A stretch of DNA of 64,000 nt from positions 864,001-928,000 of the forward strand of contig OY771587.1 in assembly GCA_963674825.1 (NCBI GenBank), read 5' to 3'. Position 1 is the stretch's first letter, and every line of letters begins with the position of its first letter. This DNA comes from Candidatus Cloacimonadales bacterium (lineage in GTDB: Bacteria; Cloacimonadota; Cloacimonadia; Cloacimonadales; JAIOQZ01). The notes under the pieces were generated by a model. It did not search any database, had not been told where the DNA came from, and saw only the letters and a program-made list of their open reading frames with translations. Both the position numbers and the translations under genes were made by a program. Positions 10,093 through 18,826 of this stretch are shown piece after piece.

Positions 10093-11339
10093 AGATTGCT
10101 GGAATCTTTTGCGCCAATATCCCTGCGATATTGCATTCCATCGAAATGCACGCGGGATATATCTTCATATACGGCTTGGCGAGCGCTATCAATTGTCGGG
10201 GCAAACGCCGTGACCATCATCACACGCCCACCGGATGTAACCAGGTGGTCGCCATCCTGCCCAACACCGGCATAAAATATCTTGTGCCGCAAGCCGTCGT
10301 CAATTTGTATTGTCATATTCTTTTCATAGGTACCGGGATATCCACCGGATGCAGCCACTACTGTGACCGCATAACCGGGATCCCAGTTCAACTTGATCTC
10401 ATCGATCTTCTCATCGAGTATAGCACGCGAAATCTTATATAAATCGGTTTTCAAAAGCGGTAACACCACTTCTGTCTCGGGATCGCCAAAACGGCAGTTG
10501 AACTCGATCACCTTGGGGCCGTCCTGAGTGATCATCAGTCCTGCGTACAGAACGCCTTTGTATTTACAGCCCTCTTCGCGGAGCGTCTTCAATACCGGCT
10601 CGAAAATTTCCGTATCGATTCGCTCGCGATATTTTTCGGCGCTCCGTACCGGAGCATATGCGCCCATACCACCCGTATTGGGGCCCTTGTCCCCATCCAG
10701 AAGCGGTTTGTGATCCTGAGAGAAAATGGTAGAAACGAAATGTTCGCCATCGGAAAACGCAAAGACGGAAGTTTCCCAGCCTTTCAGGAATTCCTCAATC
10801 ACCACGCGACTGCCCGATTCACCAAACACCTTGTCCTGCATCATCGCTTCCAGGGCTGAACGCGCTGCATCGTAATCCTGCGCGATAACCACACCCTTTC
10901 CAGCAGCCAATCCATCCGCCTTGATAACCTGCGGATAATCAGATGTCTGCAAGAATGCGTCGGCATCATCGAATCGCTCGAAAACGTGGTATCCCGCGGT
11001 CGGTACGCCGGCACGCTTCATGATGTCCTTCGCGAACGCCTTGCTGCCTTCGATTTGGGCGGCCATTTGGGATGGGCCCACCACATCGATGCCTCGTTCC
11101 TGCAGGTAATCCACGATGCCATCGGCAAGCGGCTGCTCGGGGCCGACAAACACAAGCTCAATCTCGTTCTCTTTCACGTACTTCGCAATTGCTTCGAAAT
11201 CCATTTTCGGTGCGAGGATCGCATCCCCGCTCATTCCCGGATTGCCCGGGGAAACAAAAACTGTGTGTCCGAATTGTCCAAAAGCACAGGCGATGGCGTG
11301 TTCGCGCCCTCCGCTGCCGATAACAAGAATTTTGGCCAT
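10089..11339 (-). CDS. purD: Phosphoribosylamine--glycine ligase
   Basis: GSGGREHA, VIKADGLAAGKGV, DGDKGPNTGGMGAY, EFNCRFGDPE. Confidence 0.98.
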   Translation of the reverse strand: MAKILVIGSGGREHAIACAFGQFGHTVFVSPGNPGMSGDAILAPKMDFEAIAKYVKENEIELVFVGPEQPLADGIVDYLQERGIDVVGPSQMAAQIEGSKAFAKDIMKRAGVPTAGYHVFERFDDADAFLQTSDYPQVIKADGLAAGKGVVIAQDYDAARSALEAMMQDKVFGESGSRVVIEEFLKGWETSVFAFSDGEHFVSTIFSQDHKPLLDGDKGPNTGGMGAYAPVRSAEKYRERIDTEIFEPVLKTLREEGCKYKGVLYAGLMITQDGPKVIEFNCRFGDPETEVVLPLLKTDLYKISRAILDEKIDEIKLNWDPGYAVTVVAASGGYPGTYEKNMTIQIDDGLRHKIFYAGVGQDGDHLVTSGGRVMMVTAFAPTIDSARQAVYEDISRVHFDGMQYRRDIGAKDSSNL

Positions 11340-11388
11340 TATTCTCCCGTTTGGTTGATCACATCACGCGATCGGATTATCTAAAAAA

Positions 11389-12621
11389 CTACGATGCAAC
11401 ACAATCCGTCTGTCTTGCACACTTGATCATGAGAAGTAATAACCTGTCGGCGGAAATCTGCCGCACAATATCCCGTGACGCAAGAATTCGATGCCGCTCG
11501 ACAACGACCTCTCCCCCACAGGCCACAGCGATATAAACCAGCCCTACCGGTTTGTCCTCAGTTCCGCCATCCGGTCCTGCAATGCCTGTCACAGCTCCGG
11601 CACAATCGACGTTAAAAACCTTTCTCGCTCCACGCGCCATCTCGATCGCAGTCTCTTCACTCACCGCGCCATGCGCCATCAACGTATCGTGCGAGACACC
11701 CAGGAACTTCTCCTTGACCTCGTTGCTGTAGGCCACTACACCACCAACCAGATACGCGGACGATCCCGGACGGTCGGTCAGAAGCTTCTGGATCAATCCG
11801 CCCGTGCAGGATTCTGCAAACGCTACCCGCAGGCCCTTCTCCACAAAGAGTTCATGCGCTTCATCAACCGGAGAACGATCGCCATGGCCCCAGATGTAAT
11901 CACGGAGAATCTCTTCCAACCGAGCCTTAATCCAGTTGACATTCTCCTGCGTCTTTCCCATCACCCGGAGCGAAACACGTCCCGTCTGCGGAAGATAGGC
12001 AAGTTCAGTCTCATCGGGAAGGATGAGGTCGTCGGTGAGTTCGGCAATACGTGATTCGGCGATACCGCTGGTGTGGATAGTCTCAATGTAATACTGACTG
12101 TCCGGTACGCGCTGCTTGAGAAGCGGCAGAACGTGGTTGGTCATGAGACCCTTCATCTCGTGCGGAACACCCGGCATAGCGACAAAGATCTTTCCGTCAT
12201 GCTCATAGAGCAAACCGGGCGCGGTTCCGTAAGGATTCTTCAGAGCAACGAAATCTTCGGGGAGCTCAGCCTGATTGCGATTAATCGGCGGCATCTCGAT
12301 GCCGCGTTTGGTGAAGCGTTCTTTCACCTGATGCCAAACGTCCTCCGAAAAGGTCATCGGCTTTCCGAAGAAATCAGCAATCACCTTCTTGGTGATGTCG
12401 TCCTTGGTTGGGCCGAGTCCTCCGGTAGTCAGAATCACGTCACAATCGCGAACCATATCCGCGAGTGCTTCGCGTATATCGTCCGGACGATCCATTACCG
12501 TCATAGAGCGATGGATACGGAATCCGATGCGGAGTAATTCAGCGCCGATCCAGGCGAGATTCGTATTGAGCGTTTTACCGCTCAGAATCTCGTTTCCGAT
12601 CGTAATCAAGCCTGTCGTCAT
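11389..12621 (-). CDS. cinA: Competence/damage-inducible CinA (MoCF domain + PncC)
   Basis: IGNEILSG, GGLGPTKDDIT, AESCTGGL, YSNEVK, TGIAGPDGG. Confidence 0.95.
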   Translation of the reverse strand: MTTGLITIGNEILSGKTLNTNLAWIGAELLRIGFRIHRSMTVMDRPDDIREALADMVRDCDVILTTGGLGPTKDDITKKVIADFFGKPMTFSEDVWHQVKERFTKRGIEMPPINRNQAELPEDFVALKNPYGTAPGLLYEHDGKIFVAMPGVPHEMKGLMTNHVLPLLKQRVPDSQYYIETIHTSGIAESRIAELTDDLILPDETELAYLPQTGRVSLRVMGKTQENVNWIKARLEEILRDYIWGHGDRSPVDEAHELFVEKGLRVAFAESCTGGLIQKLLTDRPGSSAYLVGGVVAYSNEVKEKFLGVSHDTLMAHGAVSEETAIEMARGARKVFNVDCAGAVTGIAGPDGGTEDKPVGLVYIAVACGGEVVVERHRILASRDIVRQISADRLLLLMIKCARQTDCVAS

Positions 12622-12642
12622 GTAGGTGTATACCTTTAGGGA

Positions 12643-14166
12643 TCAATAGCTTTTGGCGTAGATCACCCGGCGGTTGCTGGGCTTGCCGCACACGACACAA
12701 TGTCCTGATTCTTCGATCCCTTCAGAAGGTATAACGCGAACCGTTACACCTAATTCATCTTTAACCTTCGCTTCGCACTCGGGCGAACCGCACCAATGAC
12801 TGTGCGCAAAGCCGCCGTGGATCTCGGGTTTCTCGGAATTCTTCGGGGTGAAAAATTTTACGAATTTTTTCCAGTCGTCGATGTTATGGGTATGCTCTTT
12901 CTGGTATTCAAGGGCACGATTGTAAATATTGTTCTGGATATCTTCCAGGATATCGGGCAAGGTCTGGATGAATTCATCCATCTGGATCGATTTCTTATCC
13001 TTGGCGGTCAGGTCGCGGCGTCCCATGAACACGGAGTTGTTCTCGATGTCACGCGGGCCTACTTCGATACGGATCGGGATACCTTTCTTGATCCAGTACC
13101 AACCTTTTTCGCTGGAGGTCGCGTCGCGGTCATCGACTTCCACGATAATCCGCTTTTCGTCGTACCGTTGCTCTTTCAAGCCTTCGGTAATCTTACCCAC
13201 ATACTCCATCACCGCTTTCTCTTCTTCTTCGGTTCGGTAGATGGGGATGATCGCCACGTGAGACGGAGCAACGCGAGGAGGGATCACCAATCCGTCGTCG
13301 TCGCTGTGAGTCATGATCATCGCGCCGATAAGGCGGGTGGTGACGCCCCAGGAGGTCGTCCAGGCATATTCTTCCACGCCTTCCTTGTTCTGGAACTTAA
13401 TGTCGAACACCTTCGCGAAATTGAGTCCAAGAAAGTGCGAGGTACCGGCCTGGAGGGCCTTGCGGTCTTGCATCATCGCCTCGAACGTGTAGGTGTTTTC
13501 GGCACCCGGAAAGCGTTCGGACTCGGTCTTCTCACCCTTGATGACCGGAATCGCCAGCCATTCTTGAGTGAACTTCGTATAAATATCGAGCATACGGAGC
13601 GTTTCTTCCACCGCGTCCTCTTTGGTTGCGTGAACGGTATGTCCTTCCTGCCACAGGAATTCGGCCGTGCGCAGGAACAGACGAGTACGCATCTCCCACC
13701 GGACGACATTCGCCCATTGATTGATCAGCAGCGGAAGATCACGGTAAGATTTGATCCATCTGGCAAAAGACGCACCGATGATGGTCTCGCTGGTAGGGCG
13801 CACGATGAGTTCTTCGGTGAGCTTGCCGGCGACTTTCAGTCCGCCTACGCCATCGTCTTCAAGTCTGGAGTGGGTTACGACCGCGCATTCTTTGGCGAAG
13901 CCTTCAACGTGCTTGGCTTCACGCTCAAAATATGATTTCGGGATGAACAGCGGGAAATAGGCGTTCTTGTGGCCCGTATCTTTAAACATTCTGTCCAGGG
14001 TGTCGCGGATATTTTCCCATATGGAGTATCCCCAGGGCTTGATCACCATGCAGCCGCGAACTTCGCTATTTTCAGCGAGGTCGGCAGCCTTGATCACGTT
14101 CAGATACCACTGCGGATAGTCTTCGATGCGCGTAGGTGTGATGGCCGTGCGTTGTTTCTTGCTCAT
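12643..14166 (-). CDS. proS: Proline--tRNA ligase, archaeal/eukaryotic type
   Basis: RPTSETII, NQWANVVRWE, FLWQEGHT, QAGTSHFLG; C-terminal Zn site (CGSPEC...CVVC); no INS editing domain. Confidence 0.97.
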   Translation of the reverse strand: MSKKQRTAITPTRIEDYPQWYLNVIKAADLAENSEVRGCMVIKPWGYSIWENIRDTLDRMFKDTGHKNAYFPLFIPKSYFEREAKHVEGFAKECAVVTHSRLEDDGVGGLKVAGKLTEELIVRPTSETIIGASFARWIKSYRDLPLLINQWANVVRWEMRTRLFLRTAEFLWQEGHTVHATKEDAVEETLRMLDIYTKFTQEWLAIPVIKGEKTESERFPGAENTYTFEAMMQDRKALQAGTSHFLGLNFAKVFDIKFQNKEGVEEYAWTTSWGVTTRLIGAMIMTHSDDDGLVIPPRVAPSHVAIIPIYRTEEEEKAVMEYVGKITEGLKEQRYDEKRIIVEVDDRDATSSEKGWYWIKKGIPIRIEVGPRDIENNSVFMGRRDLTAKDKKSIQMDEFIQTLPDILEDIQNNIYNRALEYQKEHTHNIDDWKKFVKFFTPKNSEKPEIHGGFAHSHWCGSPECEAKVKDELGVTVRVIPSEGIEESGHCVVCGKPSNRRVIYAKSY

Positions 14167-15425
14167 GATTGCTCCCGTAATTTCAAGATGCTTTCTTTGA
14201 TATCGCCGGCGGAGACAGTTTCTTGCGTTCCCTGCCGCATATCTTTTATTGTCAGTGTATTGTTTTTTATTTCGTCATCGCCAATGATAATCGCGATTCC
14301 GGCACCAGACTTGTTTGCCGCTTTCATTTGCGACTTGAACGATCCCTTCTCGATATCAAAATCGGTGGGGATGCCCATCAGGCGAAGCTGGTTCACGACC
14401 TTCACAGCCTGCACTTCCGCCGTTTCGCCCATTGCCACGAGGAATACTTCCGGATGCGGCTCGTCTCCGAACGAAAGACCGTTCTTCTCCATGGAGAGTG
14501 TCAGGCGTTCGAAACCACCGGCGAAACCGATTCCCGGGACGTCTTTGCCACCGATCTGCTCGACCAGGCCGTTGTAGCGTCCGCCGCCAAGCAGCGCGTT
14601 TTGCGCGCCGAGCGAATCGTCCAGAATCTCGAACGCGGTATCGGTGTAGTAGTCCAGTCCACGCACGATATGCGGATTGACGTGGTACTCGATGCCGATT
14701 TCGTCTAGATAGAATTTCACCTTCTCAAAGTATTCGCGCGCCTGGTCGTCGAGGTAATCGAGCATAACCGGAGCGTCTTTCGCGAAGACTTTGCAGGTTG
14801 GTATCTTACAGTCGAGAAGCCGTCGCGGATTTTTCTCCATACGGTTGCGGCAATCCTCGCAAAGCTCGTCAACATGCGGTGAATAGTAGTCTTTCAACGC
14901 CTGGTTGTATGCCTCGGCTGATGCCGGACCGCCCACACTGTTGATCTCCAGCCGGAAATCCTTCAGCCCGAGTGATTCGAGATAGTGTACCGCCAGCGCG
15001 ATCACTTCTGCATCGATGTAGGGGTGCGCGCTGCCAATCGCTTCCAGTCCGTACTGATAGAACTGGCGATAGCGACCTTTCTGCGGTCGATCGTAGCGGA
15101 ACATTGCGCCCATGTAGTAAAGTCGCGATCCCGGCAAGCCATTTTCCACAAAGCTGCGGACAACCGGTGCCGTTCCTTCTGGACGCAGTGCGAATCTGCG
15201 TTCTTTGCGATCTTCAAACACGTACATCTCTTTTTGCACGATGTCGGATGTATCTCCGACACTGCGCTCGAAGAGATCGGCGCTTTCAAACATGGGGGTT
15301 ACGATCTCGCGATAATTGTATAGATCAGCGGTGCGACGGAAGACGTCCATCAGATACTGCCGCTTATAGCTATCCTGCGGCAGGATATCATAGGTTCCAC
15401 GAGGTATTTTATAGCGTTGACTCAA
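14163..15425 (-). CDS. hisS: Histidine--tRNA ligase
   Basis: PRGTYD, LRPEGTAPVVR, FRYDRPQKGRYRQF, VRGLDYY, GGGRY. Confidence 0.98.
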   Translation of the reverse strand: MSQRYKIPRGTYDILPQDSYKRQYLMDVFRRTADLYNYREIVTPMFESADLFERSVGDTSDIVQKEMYVFEDRKERRFALRPEGTAPVVRSFVENGLPGSRLYYMGAMFRYDRPQKGRYRQFYQYGLEAIGSAHPYIDAEVIALAVHYLESLGLKDFRLEINSVGGPASAEAYNQALKDYYSPHVDELCEDCRNRMEKNPRRLLDCKIPTCKVFAKDAPVMLDYLDDQAREYFEKVKFYLDEIGIEYHVNPHIVRGLDYYTDTAFEILDDSLGAQNALLGGGRYNGLVEQIGGKDVPGIGFAGGFERLTLSMEKNGLSFGDEPHPEVFLVAMGETAEVQAVKVVNQLRLMGIPTDFDIEKGSFKSQMKAANKSGAGIAIIIGDDEIKNNTLTIKDMRQGTQETVSAGDIKESILKLREQS

Positions 15426-15476
15426 TCCATTACTCCCGAATATGTGATCATTTCACGCCAAACCATAAAAGAAAAA

Positions 15477-15741
15477 GTGTGTGCACCCACGGTTGATACC
15501 TGTTCTCGCTTGCAAAAGTCAGTTAGCTCAAGTCAAGTAGGCCGGTGGCACATCCTCGATTCTGCTTAATGCTGCTCCCTTCCGGGCCTGACATGGTTCA
15601 CAGCCTTGGATTGCACCGGGCTTGGCTCTCAACACCACTTCTCATCCACAAGAAAGCCGTCAGCATTCTCACGTGGGAATTCAGCCCCGCTATAGCGGAT
15701 TGCGGGTAAAGGGCACCGCTGGCTCCCCGCCTAGCACACAC
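15477..15741 (-). ncRNA. ffs: Large bacterial SRP RNA with Alu domain
   Basis: Minus strand begins GUGUGUGCUAGGCGGGGAGCCAGCGGUGCCCUUUACCCGCAAUCCGCUAUAGCGGG (Bacillus scRNA-like Alu domain), contains helix 8 UGUCAGGCCCGGAAGGGAGCAGCA, has complementary ends (GUGUGUGC/GCACACAC) and is followed by a U-tract. Confidence 0.95.
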
Positions 15742-15870
15742 CTAAAAATCTTTTCAATCCCTGCTGTGATGGGCAGTTACGAGATTCACTGAGCCCGTTT
15801 CCACAGCTGGTTTGACGCAACAAAGTCAAAGAATGATAGGAAATTGGAACGTTAGATTGTTGTCAACCCC

Positions 15871-16188
15871 TTACTCTTCATCAATGTATTTTTTTATGTC
15901 GTCGATGTTGAGCGGCTCATCGTCCAGATCATCCAGATCATCGTCGTCGAACTCGCCTCGAACCCAATCGGGGCAGAACAGGACGTCTTCTGTATAGTCC
16001 CATCCATCCACGTTTTCGATTCCAAATCGCATCAGCAGCGATTCTTCCCACAGCGAGTAATAGATCCGGTCTGAGTCCACCTTATAAACCAGACACGGAC
16101 GACTGAACTTGCGCAGATCGTAGTGTTCGTCTTCGAGCAGATCGAAGAACTCACGGATCTTATCGCGATCTTTCTGCACAGACATCAT
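15871..16188 (-). CDS. Hypothetical protein with acidic C-terminus
   Basis: 105-aa ORF with AAGGAG SD, filling the gap between the OMP gene and ffs. Confidence 0.7.
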   Translation of the reverse strand: MMSVQKDRDKIREFFDLLEDEHYDLRKFSRPCLVYKVDSDRIYYSLWEESLLMRFGIENVDGWDYTEDVLFCPDWVRGEFDDDDLDDLDDEPLNIDDIKKYIDEE

Positions 16189-16203
16189 GTGCGGACACTC
16201 CTT

Positions 16204-17238
16204 TTACAAATCGAAGTTGTATTTTACTCCGAGGGTGAACCGATCTTCCTGATATTCCTTGTAATCGTTGAGATTCTCGTACACATCAGATTCAGCTTTG
16301 CGATAGATATGTGTATAGCTCAGCTTAAATTCCCAGTTGTCGAACAGATAGAAATCGCTTCCGAATTTGACGGTGTATTTTGAATCCTCTCTACCGGAAT
16401 GGAATTTATCGTAGACCTCGGTCTGGTAATAGCGCTGCTCGTATCTGAACGAGAAAAATGGGCGGATGTAGCGATGACGGCTGATGGCAACGCGCTTGTT
16501 CTCGAATTCAACGAAGTAGATATTGCTTTCGTATGAGGCATCGCCGGCGTCATCCGAATCGACCGCGCCTTCCGGATTGCTGTCGCATTCGTAATCGCGG
16601 AAGTGATAGTAAACCTTCATGTAGAAGGTATTGAAGGCGTATTTCAGGCCAAGACCCGTCGTCATGGCGTCGCCGTCGTATTCGGTGAAATATTCATTAT
16701 AATAGTACTGTTCGTATTTGAAATATGGCATAATGAAGAACTTGCGCCACATCTTCAGATAGGGCTCGAATTTGTACATGTTCTTGTCGTATTCAAACTT
16801 CTGGTAGGCATCGGTCTCGTCATCAAGATAATCTCGAAGCCAGTTTTCGGGGTAATATCCATAAGAACCGGCGAGAGTAAGCCGGTAATCCTTGCTGAGC
16901 CGGATTTCGGAAGACATCTTGACCAGCATGTTGTAGGTAGATTTGTCGGTATTATTATAGTAGTGCTCGTACGTACCGCTGATCGATGGTTCCAGCGTAA
17001 ATCCTTTTCCCTGGTAGTTATAGCCGAAACTCACACTTGGGCGCATGATGAAATCGTCGCGGGTTTCGATGAAGTCGAACGCGCTTTCGCCTCGATCGAA
17101 GCGACCCTTATCCTTGCTTGAAAGTTGGAAGACATTGTCCGTATATTCGAAATCCGAATCCGCGGAAATTGTAAACTCCGCGAAAAGCGGTGCCAGCCCG
17201 AGGGTCAGCAGCAAAGTCAGCATACATGCGATTCTCAT
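16204..17238 (-). CDS. Outer-membrane beta-barrel protein, family uncertain
   Basis: Signal peptide, Tyr/Phe-rich alternating strands, C-terminal FTLGVKYNFDL. Confidence 0.7.
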   Translation of the reverse strand: MRIACMLTLLLTLGLAPLFAEFTISADSDFEYTDNVFQLSSKDKGRFDRGESAFDFIETRDDFIMRPSVSFGYNYQGKGFTLEPSISGTYEHYYNNTDKSTYNMLVKMSSEIRLSKDYRLTLAGSYGYYPENWLRDYLDDETDAYQKFEYDKNMYKFEPYLKMWRKFFIMPYFKYEQYYYNEYFTEYDGDAMTTGLGLKYAFNTFYMKVYYHFRDYECDSNPEGAVDSDDAGDASYESNIYFVEFENKRVAISRHRYIRPFFSFRYEQRYYQTEVYDKFHSGREDSKYTVKFGSDFYLFDNWEFKLSYTHIYRKAESDVYENLNDYKEYQEDRFTLGVKYNFDL

Positions 17239-17430
17239 TTTTCGCTCCCGTTTTTTCCTTTTCTGTGTGGATCAATTTTACAAAGGATGCCAAGTGGTAT
17301 GAGATTGTCAAAGGATATTTCGGATTAATAGCGTCAAAACAGGCCGCCAGCCTTCCCGCATTACACATGCAAGAGCGCATCCTATTAAAATGAAGCACAT
17401 TCCCTGTTCATTCGCGAATATCGGAATACC

Positions 17431-18810
17431 CTATCCGTTACGCTCCGAAAACTGCGTTATAAAGGATTTCAGACGAAGATCGATATCGCTCTCAATCTGC
17501 TTTGCGAGCATCTGAAGATAAACCAGTGGACGCAGCAGATAGAGGTTCGTTTCCTTCTCTGGAAGCGAAGATTCCTTCAGTGCTTCAAACAGCTTCAGCT
17601 CCCTTCGGAGCTCCTTATGCACTTTCTTCAGGAAATCCTTCTCGATGCCGTACGCTTGCTGTTCGATTCCAATCAGCGGCGTTTGCAGGAAGTAATTCGC
17701 AGCGAAAATCCTGTACATCCACGCAATGTATGCCTCCTGCGTGAGCAGGATCGTCTGCTCTGGTACGAGATACTGTCCAATAACATCATGCGCGGCCTTG
17801 TACATCGTATGGCCCCTGAAAACCTGCCCCACTACCTGCTCCGCACCTACGGATTTATGGCAGGAAAGGCCATAAGGGCAACGTTCTTCGTCCGGACAAG
17901 GATAGCAGGGGAACATGTTTTTATCTGGAAAAGCAGTATAGCACTGGTCTGAATAACCCAGCGTCTCCCATGGATAAGCCGGGCCCAGGAACAGCGCGAT
18001 AAACGGAATTCGTTGATGCGCAGCGACATGCATAGTTCCTGTGTCGCCGGTAATAAGCATGTCGGCCTTGTCGATCGTCTCGAAAAGCCCTTCCACCGTC
18101 GTTCTACCGGCAAGATTCTCGATCTTTTGCGGCTGTGATACCCGTTGCACCAGTGATTCAGCCGTAGGCCTTTCGGAAGATGCACCCACCAGCGTAATCG
18201 TACAGTCTTCCTCGATGAGTCGATTCGCCAGCATGGAAAAATCGTCCAGATCCCACTGTCGTTTACGGTTTCGTGATGCCATCTGAAACACGATGTGCGG
18301 TGTATCGGCAGTCTCGCGCCAGGGACGATCCTTGAAATGAGGCAACTCCGGGACACGATCGATCACATAGCGATAGATATCCACCAGATTGAGCGTGGAA
18401 AGCCTTCTCGTGCGGATGAAGCTCATACAGTAGTAAAGCCATTCCAGGCTGCCTTTATCCTTGCTTCCGAAGCCGATTTTGCTTTCGCATTCGAGGTTGG
18501 TCACGATATCATGTGCCAGCTCATGGCTGTTCATATTGACGACCATATTGAAGCTTCTCAATCCGCTAATCAATGTTCGAGCCTGAAGATTGTCCGCCAG
18601 CTTGATCTTCCCCATCTTCTGCTCGGTAACTGCCGCGATGTTAACCGGCACCAGCCCGTCCAGATAGAGCATCTTTGCGACATCGGTGAAGAGGGAGTTG
18701 TGTAAAAGGTGGATTTCAGCGCCCGGATACGCACCTTTGATACGTCGAAGCAGTTCTGCGGATTGCAGAATATCGCCCATCTTGCCCAGTTGAATCGCCA
18801 GTATCTTCAT
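17431..18810 (-). CDS. Glycosyltransferase family 9 (heptosyltransferase-like)
   Basis: QLGKMGDILQ, KRQW, NLAGRTT, ITGDTGTMHVAA, CYPC. Confidence 0.88.
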   Translation of the reverse strand: MKILAIQLGKMGDILQSAELLRRIKGAYPGAEIHLLHNSLFTDVAKMLYLDGLVPVNIAAVTEQKMGKIKLADNLQARTLISGLRSFNMVVNMNSHELAHDIVTNLECESKIGFGSKDKGSLEWLYYCMSFIRTRRLSTLNLVDIYRYVIDRVPELPHFKDRPWRETADTPHIVFQMASRNRKRQWDLDDFSMLANRLIEEDCTITLVGASSERPTAESLVQRVSQPQKIENLAGRTTVEGLFETIDKADMLITGDTGTMHVAAHQRIPFIALFLGPAYPWETLGYSDQCYTAFPDKNMFPCYPCPDEERCPYGLSCHKSVGAEQVVGQVFRGHTMYKAAHDVIGQYLVPEQTILLTQEAYIAWMYRIFAANYFLQTPLIGIEQQAYGIEKDFLKKVHKELRRELKLFEALKESSLPEKETNLYLLRPLVYLQMLAKQIESDIDLRLKSFITQFSERNG

Positions 18811-18826
18811 ATCACATCCTGTTCTG

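Noticed and set aside
15753..15807. Plus-strand GUGAUGGGCAGUUAC...CUGAGCCC resembling a fluoride riboswitch
   Set aside because: Only a partial match, and no plus-strand gene lies downstream.
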